64,000 nt of DNA from Candidatus Calescibacterium sp. (GTDB taxonomy: Bacteria; Calescibacteriota; Calescibacteriia; Calescibacteriales; Calescibacteriaceae). The stretch spans positions 32,001 to 96,000 of the forward strand of contig JAVVGL010000005.1 in NCBI GenBank assembly GCA_032249135.1, in the 5' to 3' direction. The position numbers and the translations under genes were made by a program. The first letter of the stretch is position 1. Every line of letters begins with the position of its first letter. The notes beneath the pieces are model-generated. The model was not told where the DNA came from and did not search any database. It worked only from the letters and a program-made list of their open reading frames with translations. Of the stretch, positions 1-9,499 are shown piece by piece.

Positions 1-173
1 CTACAAAAATATTTCAGGAAGAAATCTCAAAGCTTATCAAACTCATAAAATCAAAAAACAGAAATAAAATCAAAAAATATATAAAATCTATCCGTCGTTA
101 TCTTTAAAGAGTTAAAAAGTGAGAACAAAAGATAATTCACACTGAAAAAATTAAACTATATTTATTATATAGT

Positions 174-2003
174 GTGAAATCAAATAAGAAAAAAATTTTA
201 AGTTCAAAAGAAAAAATAATAGCGTTGCGAAATTTCCATTATCTTCTTTTCCGTCATTTACTATTTTATATCATAGCCGTAGTACTCATTTCTGTAGCAA
301 ATTGCAAAGTAGGAAAAGGGGGCGAAGAACAAAAACCCAAAACTCAAAATTTTACCTTTGAGATGATATACACAAAAGGAATAACAGAAATAAATTGCTT
401 TTCTGTTCAGTTGCTTGAAATTCAAAGAGAAGAGATAATCCCATTTTTATCAGGATTCGTAGTAGTAGATTTTACGAAAGAAAGTAAAGCAAGAGCAAGT
501 AAAGTTGAATTCAGGGAAATCGGGAGAGAATGGCAAGGTGGTGGAACAGAACCAATAAAAGGAGAGGAAATAAAAATTGATTTGTTCCAAGATAAATTAT
601 TAGTTTCAATCATATCTCCGGTATTTCCAAAAAATAAAATCTATCTTGAAATGCGCGGATTCACACTCCTTGATCCAACTGAATCTTGTGAAGCAATATA
701 CAATAATTTCAGAGATTACGGAATTTCTTCTCAAAATATAGCGATAAGAAATGTAGCAATAGGTAGGTCAAGAGTAATAGATCCAAGAAAAGAAAATCAG
801 GCAAAAGGAATTTTTGCACGAATAACACCACAAAATAGGTTCTCAACTGAACCAGAAAATATAATTATACAGGGGGATGAGTTACCAGAAACCTTTGATT
901 TCAAAATAGCATATCCGATATTTGTTGAACTTGAAGAAAACACGGAAACTAAAATGAGAAAGTTCATGTTGTGTGGAGGAATAAATCTTGAAACTGAATC
1001 AGTGTTAAGAACATGCAAGATTTTTGATGAGGAAAAGCTTTCTTTTGAAGAGGAAGAAATTCCTATGAATTATCCGAGAGTTTTCGGAAGCGCAACAAAA
1101 CTACCTGATGGAAAAATCGTTGTATCAGGTGGACTATCTTATGATCTAAAACCTATTGGAACATTTGAAATATTCTTCCCAGAACTTGGTTTATTCTTAA
1201 AAACAACGAAAATCATCCCGAGGTTCCTTCATTACACATTTTCAACAGAAAAAAATATAGGGATTGTAGGTGGAGTTGGAAATGATGGTTTGTGGGAAAA
1301 AGACTTGGAAGTTTTCCCGTTGCCTCAAACAACAGAAGGTGAAAGATTTATAAAAGGTTTGTATGTTCTTGATTACGCAGGTAAATTCGGTTCATGCTTT
1401 GCTGAAAATAAAAACTATGTATATATAATAGGTGGTGTAAATTCAAGAAAGGTAGCTCAAATCAAAAAGGAGAGAATAGATCTGGGCACAATTGAAGCAC
1501 AGGAGTTTGAAATTACAAAGATAGCAGATAACGAGATAAAATCTCTCGGAAGTTGTCAAGCAATAGCATTTGAACAGAGAGTAGTGGGAGTTTCAAGTTT
1601 AGGATATATCTTTTCATTCACTGTTGACCAAGGGGAACTGAAATTTCGGGGACAAAAACTCCCAGATCCAGAACAGGGGTTGATAAGAACAAAAAAAGCT
1701 TTCTCGTTCCAGAAAGTATCTGATCTTCAAGCAGTACTCTTTGGCGGAATAGACTATATACAACAAAAAGATAGTCCTTCTTATCCGAAACAAGTCTCTT
1801 CATCTTACGAGCTTTTCGTAATATCTTCAAAGGGAGATATTTTAGGGAAATATAGGTACAGAACAAAGTATCCACGAATTGGAGGGGTTGCTATTTTAAC
1901 ACAAGGAGAATATATTATAATTTTTGGTGGAACAAAAGAGGGGAAATCGGAGGTTGTATTTATAGGAGATTTGAAGCTTTTACAAATGGGAGGAATTTTT
2001 TGA
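174..2003 (+). CDS. Putative lipoprotein with C-terminal Kelch-like beta-propeller
   Basis: Hydrophobic N-terminus ending SVAN-C; repeated Kelch-like blades (MNYPRVFGSATKLPDGKIVVSGG, PRFLHY..IGIVGG, YVYIIGG, AVLFGG, YIIIFGG). Exact start uncertain. Confidence 0.6.
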   Translation: MKSNKKKILSSKEKIIALRNFHYLLFRHLLFYIIAVVLISVANCKVGKGGEEQKPKTQNFTFEMIYTKGITEINCFSVQLLEIQREEIIPFLSGFVVVDFTKESKARASKVEFREIGREWQGGGTEPIKGEEIKIDLFQDKLLVSIISPVFPKNKIYLEMRGFTLLDPTESCEAIYNNFRDYGISSQNIAIRNVAIGRSRVIDPRKENQAKGIFARITPQNRFSTEPENIIIQGDELPETFDFKIAYPIFVELEENTETKMRKFMLCGGINLETESVLRTCKIFDEEKLSFEEEEIPMNYPRVFGSATKLPDGKIVVSGGLSYDLKPIGTFEIFFPELGLFLKTTKIIPRFLHYTFSTEKNIGIVGGVGNDGLWEKDLEVFPLPQTTEGERFIKGLYVLDYAGKFGSCFAENKNYVYIIGGVNSRKVAQIKKERIDLGTIEAQEFEITKIADNEIKSLGSCQAIAFEQRVVGVSSLGYIFSFTVDQGELKFRGQKLPDPEQGLIRTKKAFSFQKVSDLQAVLFGGIDYIQQKDSPSYPKQVSSSYELFVISSKGDILGKYRYRTKYPRIGGVAILTQGEYIIIFGGTKEGKSEVVFIGDLKLLQMGGIF

Positions 2004-3145
2004 TGGCTATCAATAATAAGATAAAACTGTTTGCATTTATAGCTTTAAGCTTATCTTTGGGGTACATAGTTTTAGGATGCAAATCTTCCAACAAAAACCA
2101 AACAGCATCTCCCATTTCCGGAATTATAGATTCTTTTTTCCCTCCTAAAAATAAAGGTATTTTTCCAGATGAGCTGCAAATATATGTTATATTGAACCAA
2201 AAACCGGATCCGCAGGGAGTAAGGTTTCTTGTGTGGAGGAACGGAATTCAAATACCGGGAAAAATAATTCAAGAGGAGATAAAAGAACAGGGAAAATATA
2301 AAGTAATCTTTGAACCTACTGAAAAAGAACAGGGAACTTATGTGGTATATTTTAACTATGGGGTAGAAGCTATTTTCTGGACATTTTGGTCAGAAGTAAC
2401 AAGAACAATTCCTTTTTTTCCACAATTTTCATATCCACCACATGGATCTAAAAATTTCCCCCCAGGCAGTAGCATATCAGTATCTTTAAGAAAAGCGATA
2501 AACCCATACACAATAGATGATGAAACAATAAGACTCATAAAGTTAGATATTTCGGGGGAACAAGATTCTATTTTTGATGTATCATATCTCCCAAATTCCT
2601 TGATCTGGTTACCGGATAGAATGGAAGCTTCTTCAAATTACAAGGCGGTGATAACTGGGATTGTTCCACTTATTGAAAACAGTCCATCAACAATACATTA
2701 TGAAACAGGTTTTAGAACGCAGGATCTTGAAAAGCCTTCAATTGTAAGTTGTAATCCAAAATTCTGCACTCTGTCATCTTGTGATGAGGTAAAAGGGGAA
2801 TTCTTTGACATGTGGATAGAGTTCCAAAAAAATGAAGAACTTTTACCCCAATCTGTGCTTGATAACTTTAAGGTATATGTTGATTTACCTTCTGGGACAG
2901 AAATTGTTGATTTCTCAAAAGTTTATGTTTATGATGTTTTCAGCAGAAGCTTAAAACTCATTTTGGAAAAGAACTTGACACCAAAAAGAAGCATCATTAT
3001 ATATCCGAACAAAATTGAAGTCAGATTTGAAGATTTATTACAACCACCATCAACTGTAAGAATTTACATTCTTCCCACACTTTCTGATTCTTCTGGTAAT
3101 CAAATTAACGATTTCTTTTCCTGGTGCATAAAAGTTGTTCCATAA
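2000..3145 (+). CDS. Lipoprotein with Ig-like (Big_5-like) domains
   Basis: Signal peptide ending VLG-C; YPPHGSKNFPPGSSISVSLRKAINP and LSDSSGN motifs typical of bacterial Ig-like domains; ATGA overlap with upstream gene. Confidence 0.6.
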   Translation: MMAINNKIKLFAFIALSLSLGYIVLGCKSSNKNQTASPISGIIDSFFPPKNKGIFPDELQIYVILNQKPDPQGVRFLVWRNGIQIPGKIIQEEIKEQGKYKVIFEPTEKEQGTYVVYFNYGVEAIFWTFWSEVTRTIPFFPQFSYPPHGSKNFPPGSSISVSLRKAINPYTIDDETIRLIKLDISGEQDSIFDVSYLPNSLIWLPDRMEASSNYKAVITGIVPLIENSPSTIHYETGFRTQDLEKPSIVSCNPKFCTLSSCDEVKGEFFDMWIEFQKNEELLPQSVLDNFKVYVDLPSGTEIVDFSKVYVYDVFSRSLKLILEKNLTPKRSIIIYPNKIEVRFEDLLQPPSTVRIYILPTLSDSSGNQINDFFSWCIKVVP

Positions 3146-3175
3146 TTTTTTTCTTAGTTTTCTTTCCAATTGATT

Positions 3176-3844
3176 TTAAGCTTTTAAGATTTTATAGAGT
3201 TCAAAAGCATCGGGTTGTCCCGGAGCACTTCCTTCATTTCCTATCTTTCCATAAACAAAAGATGAACCAAAAACAGGTAAAACAATTCTTGATAACAAAG
3301 AAACTTTTGGATCTCCCATACACATAATACATAACAAAGTAGAAGTTTTTTTAAAAGATAGTTTTCTTGTAAATAAAGCAAGATTTACTATTGCTGATGT
3401 TTTAGTTGCAAAAACTGCGACCTTGAAAACATCTCCACCCTCCATCTCACATTGCTCAAACTTTTTTTGAAGAACATTTTCAGATGGAACTCCTTCAAAA
3501 TCGTGAAAAGATAAAATAACCTTTTTCTTTTTTGATTTAGCAGTCGCGACCACATCTTTAAATTCAGGAAGAGAAGATAGCTCTACATCAATAAAATCAA
3601 CTTTATCAAGAAAAGAAAAGTATAAATCTTTTCTTTTTGGTATATATACTCCTCCCTCCTTTTCAGACCTCGCAGTAAATATAATGGGTTTTATTTTTGA
3701 AAATTTTTCTACCGCCTCTTGCGTTCTATCTTGAAGGTAATCTGCTCTCACCTCTAATATATCCACATACTTTTTCAGACCTCTTATATAAGCGGATTGA
3801 ATAGGAAAATAAGTTATGACCCCAACTATTTTTAAATCCTTCAC
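3176..3844 (-). CDS. aroD: Type I 3-dehydroquinate dehydratase
   Basis: DILEVRAD, IFTARSEKEGG, FIDVEL, SFHDF, DVFKVA, SAPGQ motifs. Confidence 0.9.
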   Translation of the reverse strand: MKDLKIVGVITYFPIQSAYIRGLKKYVDILEVRADYLQDRTQEAVEKFSKIKPIIFTARSEKEGGVYIPKRKDLYFSFLDKVDFIDVELSSLPEFKDVVATAKSKKKKVILSFHDFEGVPSENVLQKKFEQCEMEGGDVFKVAVFATKTSAIVNLALFTRKLSFKKTSTLLCIMCMGDPKVSLLSRIVLPVFGSSFVYGKIGNEGSAPGQPDAFELYKILKA

Positions 3845-3991
3845 AGAAAAATCTTTTTATCCTGCCAAAAAATGAATTATCAAAAACAAAAATAAAAATG
3901 AAAAACTAAAATCAAAAATAAGATAAAAAAAGGTAAAAAGAAAAGGAAAGAAGAAAGAATTGAAACCAAAATGTTGAAACGAAGCATAAAA

Positions 3992-4954
3992 ATGAAAACA
4001 GAGTATGCAGATGACTTGCGAGTAATAGCAGATTTACCGGCTCTCATATTCTTTACGATATCGCTCGGATTTTTTATAATCTTACCACTGCTCATATCAG
4101 ATTATTTTCTTCACATTTTAACGCATGTTGTAATATACTCAATAGGAGTTCTTGGTCAAAACATACTCATAGGATACACCGGACTTATATCTTTTGGTCA
4201 AGCAGGTTTTATTGCTGTTGGAGCATATTCCTTTGCTCATACAGTAAGTAAAATAGGTTTAATCCCTGCAATAATAGTCTCCGGAACTATATCTGCGCTA
4301 ATTGGGGCTATTGTTGGGATACCATCTTTGAGAGTAAAAGGACCTTTTTTAGCTATAATAACTTTGGGATTCTCAATCGCAACATTTCAGATAATTCAGA
4401 ACACACCCCAAATATCTGGTGGAAGAATGGGAATGCACGTACCAAAATCATGGGGAGTAGACTCAGATTTAGAAATATATTACCTATCTTTGATTTTAGC
4501 TTACATTTTCTTTTTTGTAGGATATAGAATAGTAAAATCTCACATAGGGAAAATTTTTGTAGCTATAAGAGATAGTGATATAGCGGCTGAAACTTTGGGG
4601 ATAAATGTAGCAAAATACAAAATATTGAGCTTTGCAATAAGTTCGTTTTACACGGGTGCTATGGGTGGTCTTTATGCCTACTTTATGGGCTATCTTGAAC
4701 CAACGATGTTCCAACTCACAGAATCAATATATATGTTTGCTGCAATTGTTATCGGAGGAATAGGTTCAGTCCTTGGTTCAATTTTCGGTTCAGCATTTGT
4801 GATATCAATTCCACAGATATTCGTTTTTATGAAAGAATATACCCCGCTTATATTATCTATACTCATTATAATTGTAATGATTTTTGAACCACTTGGATTG
4901 TACGGTGTATGGTTAAGAATAAAACTTTATTTTATGAATTTCCCATTCAGATAA
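3992..4954 (+). CDS. livM: Branched-chain amino acid ABC transporter permease (LivM-like)
   Basis: NILIGYTGLISFGQAGF, LRVKGPFLAIITLGF, AIRDSDIAAETLGIN; multi-TM. Start 3992 preferred over 3971. Confidence 0.8.
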   Translation: MKTEYADDLRVIADLPALIFFTISLGFFIILPLLISDYFLHILTHVVIYSIGVLGQNILIGYTGLISFGQAGFIAVGAYSFAHTVSKIGLIPAIIVSGTISALIGAIVGIPSLRVKGPFLAIITLGFSIATFQIIQNTPQISGGRMGMHVPKSWGVDSDLEIYYLSLILAYIFFFVGYRIVKSHIGKIFVAIRDSDIAAETLGINVAKYKILSFAISSFYTGAMGGLYAYFMGYLEPTMFQLTESIYMFAAIVIGGIGSVLGSIFGSAFVISIPQIFVFMKEYTPLILSILIIIVMIFEPLGLYGVWLRIKLYFMNFPFR

Positions 4955-4984
4955 GAATGAAAACTAATAGAGTTCTTATGTATA

Positions 4985-5710
4985 ATGATTATGTATAATG
5001 AAGAGATATTGTATAATGAAGAAATATCAGAGCTTGCAGAGAAAATAAAGAAATTAAAAGATATTCCTCACTTTATAGCTTTTGAAGGAGTAGAGGGTTC
5101 AGGGAAAACAACCCAAGCCAAAAATCTTGGAAAATTCCTCAAAAAAATGGGATACAAAGTTTTAATCGTGAAAGACCCGGGAACAACAAAGCTTGGAGAA
5201 AAAATAAGAAAAATCTTAAAATCTGAAACGAAAATAGACACGATTGCGGAACTTTTTCTTTTCCTTGCAGCAAGAAGACAGCTCGTAGAAGAAATAATAA
5301 AACCAGAAATACGAAAGGGGAAAATTATAATATCAGATAGATTTACTCACTCCACATTAGCATATCAGGGCAGGGGAAGACTTACAATTCCTGAAACTCT
5401 CCCCATGCTATGCTTTATCGCAACAGGTGGAGTAGAGCCAGAACTCACAATAGTATTAGATATAAATCCGGAGATAGGACTTGCAAGAGTAAAGGAAAGA
5501 TACCGAAGCCAGATATCAAAAGAAAAAGAAGATAGATTTGAAAAAGAAGATTTAGAGTTTCACAAAAGAATAAGAGAGTATTATATTGAACTTTCAAGTT
5601 ACGATGAAAATGTAGTTTTAGTTGACGCAAGCCAAAACGAATACGAAGTTTTCAAAAACATAATCTATAAACTATACGAATTTTCTAAATCAAAATATGG
5701 TGAAAAATAG
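4985..5710 (+). CDS. tmk: Thymidylate kinase
   Basis: FIAFEGVEGSGKTTQ P-loop, ELFLFLAARRQ, SDRF..STLAYQG, DRFE. Confidence 0.93.
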   Translation: MIMYNEEILYNEEISELAEKIKKLKDIPHFIAFEGVEGSGKTTQAKNLGKFLKKMGYKVLIVKDPGTTKLGEKIRKILKSETKIDTIAELFLFLAARRQLVEEIIKPEIRKGKIIISDRFTHSTLAYQGRGRLTIPETLPMLCFIATGGVEPELTIVLDINPEIGLARVKERYRSQISKEKEDRFEKEDLEFHKRIREYYIELSSYDENVVLVDASQNEYEVFKNIIYKLYEFSKSKYGEK

Positions 5711-5752
5711 ATGGAAGAACCGAACCACATTTTATATATTTCTGAATAACGA

Positions 5753-5788
5753 AAAATATTTATGTATCTCGCTAAATTTTTAGCAATA
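5753..5788 (+). promoter_or_regulatory. 36-bp intergenic element, copy A (32/36 identical to 13614-13649)
   Basis: AAAATATTTATGTATCTCGCTAAATTTTTAGCAATA, containing the inverted repeat GCTAAA-TT-TTTAGC; ends 37 nt before the SCP2 ATG. Function inferred. Confidence 0.45.
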
Positions 5789-5825
5789 GATGGTCAAATA
5801 AAATAGAAAGGGGGAGAAAAATAAT

Positions 5826-6242
5826 ATGAAGTTAAAATTTCCTTCTCCGGAGTGGGTTTCAAGATATAAAGAGGAACTTAATGCGGGTCCTTGGAAAGAG
5901 TCGGGGAAAGACTGGACATACGGACCGATATCTTTCGTAATAAAAAAAGATGAGAAGATAGGCATAAAAGAGGATATTTATCTATGGCTTGATATAGATA
6001 GGGGAGTTTGTAGGGAGGCGAAAATAGTTAGCAAAGAAGAAGGAGAGAAAGCTCCTTTTGTGATATATGGTGATTATGAGAGATGGAAACAGATTATAAA
6101 TGGGGAGCTTGAACCAATAAAAGCTCTTGCACAGGGGAAATTACAGCTTAAAGGAAATCTTGCAACTATTGTCAAATTCGTTAAGGCAGCTGAGGATATG
6201 GTAAAAACTGCTCAAAAAGTTCCAACAGAATTTATAGCTTAA
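5826..6242 (+). CDS. SCP2 sterol/lipid-binding domain protein
   Basis: FPSPEW N-terminus; WKQIINGELEPIKALAQGKLQLKGNL is an SCP2 signature. Confidence 0.8.
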   Translation: MKLKFPSPEWVSRYKEELNAGPWKESGKDWTYGPISFVIKKDEKIGIKEDIYLWLDIDRGVCREAKIVSKEEGEKAPFVIYGDYERWKQIINGELEPIKALAQGKLQLKGNLATIVKFVKAAEDMVKTAQKVPTEFIA

Positions 6243-6245
6243 AAA

Positions 6246-6833
6246 ATGAGGAGGGCAACATTAGGAATAGTAAGAGATATTTTTATTGCTTTTGTTCTGG
6301 CTATTTTCATAAGAGCTTTTGCAGTACAGGCTTACAAAATACCATCAGGCTCTATGATACCAACTTTACTCGTTGGTGATTATATTCTCGTTAACCGGCT
6401 TTCATACGGATTGAGAATCCCTTACTACAAGTATATTTTGAGGTGGGGAGAAATAAAAAGGGGTGATATAATTGTTTTTGTGTTCCCAGAAGATCCATCA
6501 AAAGACTTCATAAAAAGAGTTATAGCTCTTCCAGGTGAAACAATAGAAATAAGAAAAAAGAAAATATATATAAATGGTAGAGAAATTGAAGATAAGTGGG
6601 GATTTTTCAGTGATGATTATGTTGGACCTCCGCGGGATGATTTTGGTCCTTTTCAAGTCCCTCAAGGACATGTGTTTGTGATGGGAGATAATAGAGACGA
6701 ATCAAATGATTCAAGATTTTGGGGACCAGTTAATATAGAAAACATAAAGGGAAAAGCTTTCATAATATATTTTTCTTGGGATCCATATGAAAAATCCATA
6801 AGATTCAGTAGAATTTTTTCTATTATAAGGTAA
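6246..6833 (+). CDS. lepB: Signal peptidase I
   Basis: IPSGSMIPTL (catalytic Ser), DFIKRVIALPGE (Lys), GDNRDESNDSRFWG. Confidence 0.95.
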   Translation: MRRATLGIVRDIFIAFVLAIFIRAFAVQAYKIPSGSMIPTLLVGDYILVNRLSYGLRIPYYKYILRWGEIKRGDIIVFVFPEDPSKDFIKRVIALPGETIEIRKKKIYINGREIEDKWGFFSDDYVGPPRDDFGPFQVPQGHVFVMGDNRDESNDSRFWGPVNIENIKGKAFIIYFSWDPYEKSIRFSRIFSIIR

Positions 6834-6846
6834 GTTGGTGATAAGA

Positions 6847-7014
6847 TTACACTTTTACGTATCTTAATTTGTGGTATATTGTTGGTGCTAATCTCTTTCT
6901 GCCCTTTCTTCTTCTCCTCCTTATTATTTCTCTTCCTGAATGAGACGACATTCTTGCAAGAAATCCATGAGTTCTTACTCTTCTTCTTCTGTGAGGTTGG
7001 TATGTTCTTTTCAT
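6847..7014 (-). CDS. rpmH: 50S ribosomal protein L34 (55 aa, below the ORF-track length cutoff)
   Basis: Manual translation: [55 protein letters not shown]. Confidence 0.96.
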   Translation of the reverse strand: MKRTYQPHRRRRVRTHGFLARMSSHSGREIIRRRRRKGRKRLAPTIYHKLRYVKV

Positions 7015-7085
7015 ATCATAATTATGAGAATTGATTTATTTGTTTTTTTATTTTTTCAAAAAATTTTTCTTTCTTCATTCTTCTT

Positions 7086-8489
7086 TTATTTTTCAGAGCT
7101 TATTTTTTTCAGAATTCCATCAAATATTGACTGCCACTCTATTTTGTATCCAAGCAAAGAGACAACTTTTTTTGGATCTAAATCTAATTTATGAGCTTGT
7201 AATATTTTTTGAACTTCTGTTATGCTCATTCCTTCTTTTATTTTCTCTTTTATTTCATCTGGGATTTGAATTTGGTGGATTTGATTTTTTTGTTTTGTTA
7301 TTTTAGCATCAGGTATTATCTCCTTTATTTTCTTTATGAGTTCAAGTGAAGGTAATTCATTTTTGAACACTATAACATCATCTGGTAGTTTTATATTTCC
7401 GAAAGATAGAGCGAGTTTTTCGGAAGCCAAAACTATAATTTTTCTTTGTGAGCTCTCCCAGAATTTCTTTAATTTTTCTATTTTCTTTTTTATGTAGTCT
7501 TCTGTCCAGAATCCTGCTATTTCTATGAGAACCTCTTTTCCTTCATCGTTTATCAATTTGAAATCCGGAATAAAAATACCTTCTCTAAAAAATATCGCTT
7601 CTGGTTCTCTTATAAGGTTTAGGTTCGTAAATGCATCTTGAATTATTCTTGATACCTGTTCTTCGTATGATGAATCAAATTTTACATCTTCATCAATTTC
7701 AGGAAAAAACTTTTTGTGTTCTTGATTGAGTTTAAGTATCCCTTTTTCTGTTTCAATTTCTATTTCAAAACCTTTTTTTCTTACTATTTTTGATACAAGA
7801 ATAGAAAGAGAAAGAGAATATTTTGTTGATTCTTTTATCAAAGTTGCAGGTCCGAATACGGAGATCCATCCTTCTTTTGCGGAGTCATACATAAGTCCGA
7901 GCTTTTTTGCGAACCTTATAATGTCTCCTATGTTCTCGCTTACTTTAAAGTTTATCTTGTGAGATAAAAGAGCTATTCCGCATGCGAGCGATAAGTTGTA
8001 GATTTTTGAAATATCTTGAATTGAAATTTCAGGAGCTTTCAGTAAAACTTTGTATGGATTTATATCTCCCCATATTTTGTCTTCTGAGATTTTCATTTGG
8101 AACTCAATTTCTGCCTCTTTAATTATTTTTTCTCTTTCGTCTTCTGTGAGAGCTGGACCTCGCAAGAAAATAAACTTTCTTATCTCTTTTGCGTTCTCCT
8201 CACTTTTTGTAAGTTGTGAAATTTGTGATAAAATATGAACTATGCCTCTTATTTTTTTGTAGTTTGAAAAATCTTCTATTTCTGCTATTTTATCTTTGAT
8301 CTCTTTTAGTTTAAGCCCCTCAGAACTTTTCCACAAATCATAGCATTTTTTTAAGTCTTCATCGTTTTCATCTATGAATTCAGGTTTTATAATTTTCCCA
8401 AATTTGCGGAAATTGAGGAGGTTTTTAGGTAAGATTATAATCTTCTCTGAAATTGGTTTCTCTTGTGAAATATAATCATCAAGGTTCAT
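7086..8489 (-). CDS. DUF790 / Bax1-like PD-(D/E)XK nuclease family protein
   Basis: YNLSLA, GPATLIKESTKY, FDSSYEE, REPE..FIPDF..IEIAGFWTEDYIKKK. Confidence 0.85.
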   Translation of the reverse strand: MNLDDYISQEKPISEKIIILPKNLLNFRKFGKIIKPEFIDENDEDLKKCYDLWKSSEGLKLKEIKDKIAEIEDFSNYKKIRGIVHILSQISQLTKSEENAKEIRKFIFLRGPALTEDEREKIIKEAEIEFQMKISEDKIWGDINPYKVLLKAPEISIQDISKIYNLSLACGIALLSHKINFKVSENIGDIIRFAKKLGLMYDSAKEGWISVFGPATLIKESTKYSLSLSILVSKIVRKKGFEIEIETEKGILKLNQEHKKFFPEIDEDVKFDSSYEEQVSRIIQDAFTNLNLIREPEAIFFREGIFIPDFKLINDEGKEVLIEIAGFWTEDYIKKKIEKLKKFWESSQRKIIVLASEKLALSFGNIKLPDDVIVFKNELPSLELIKKIKEIIPDAKITKQKNQIHQIQIPDEIKEKIKEGMSITEVQKILQAHKLDLDPKKVVSLLGYKIEWQSIFDGILKKISSEK

Positions 8490-8503
8490 TCTGGGAAAGC
8501 AAG

Positions 8504-9499
8504 TTATTTTGCGAATGCAAATTTTCCTCTTATTAATGAGTAAGCTCCTATTACAAAAAACACAAATGAAACAAGATGATTTGCGGTGATTGTTTTATCT
8601 ATTATGAACCCTGAAAGTCCTGATGGATCTCTTAAAAACTCTAAAAAGAATCTGAGAGCACCGTAAAGCGTAAAGAACATAGCAAAAATTATCCCTTCAA
8701 AATATTTTTTGCGCAAACCGTATGCTATTCCTAAAAATTTTACTCCAAAGTGAAGAAGTACAAATCCCGGTAAAAAGGCAATGTCTATTGGGTGTGGAAA
8801 TGAAATTTCTTTGCCGTACCACATATAGTAAAGTCTTAAAAGTAGGATTTGGATTATCAGCATTATTTCTGTTTTGAGTTCAAAAAGGTCTTTTTTTGTT
8901 ATCTTTGTTTCTCCGTTATCTTTTTTGAGCCATCCTATCATCATACCTCTTACGAACACGAACGCAAAAAACATTCCGAGAGCTTCATATATTTGTGTTG
9001 GGTGAATTTTTATTCCTGTTATTGAGAGAGAAAGAGGGTTTTTGAAAATAACTCCGAGTGCAAATTCTGTGGGTTTGCCATAGCAGCAGCCGGCAGAAAA
9101 ACATCCCCATCTCCCTATTGAAAGTCCTAACATTACTGCAAGGGAGACAACATCGGCAACTTTTAGAAAACTCATTTTATTTTTCTTTGACCATATATAT
9201 CCGAGTATTATAGATAAAACTATACCACCGTACCAAGCAAGTCCTCCTTCCCATATTTTGAGAATTTTCACTGGGTCTTGAATGTAATCCTTTATATTCA
9301 TCAGTATATAAGCTATTCTTGCTCCGAAAATTCCCCCTATGAGCATCCATATTATTATATCAAGGATGTAGTAAGGTTCAAATTTGAGTTCCCGAGAAAC
9401 TCTGGCTGCATATTCTGCTGCGATTATGAAAGCCAGGGCTATAAAAACTCCGTATGTATATATTTTTATTTTGCCTATTTCAAGTAGAATAGGGTACAT
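8504..9499 (-). CDS. lgt: Prolipoprotein diacylglyceryl transferase (with internal insertion)
   Basis: GARIAY, IWEGGLAWYGG, IGRWGCFSAGCCYG, HPTQIYE, RFFLEFLR. Confidence 0.92.
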   Translation of the reverse strand: MYPILLEIGKIKIYTYGVFIALAFIIAAEYAARVSRELKFEPYYILDIIIWMLIGGIFGARIAYILMNIKDYIQDPVKILKIWEGGLAWYGGIVLSIILGYIWSKKNKMSFLKVADVVSLAVMLGLSIGRWGCFSAGCCYGKPTEFALGVIFKNPLSLSITGIKIHPTQIYEALGMFFAFVFVRGMMIGWLKKDNGETKITKKDLFELKTEIMLIIQILLLRLYYMWYGKEISFPHPIDIAFLPGFVLLHFGVKFLGIAYGLRKKYFEGIIFAMFFTLYGALRFFLEFLRDPSGLSGFIIDKTITANHLVSFVFFVIGAYSLIRGKFAFAK

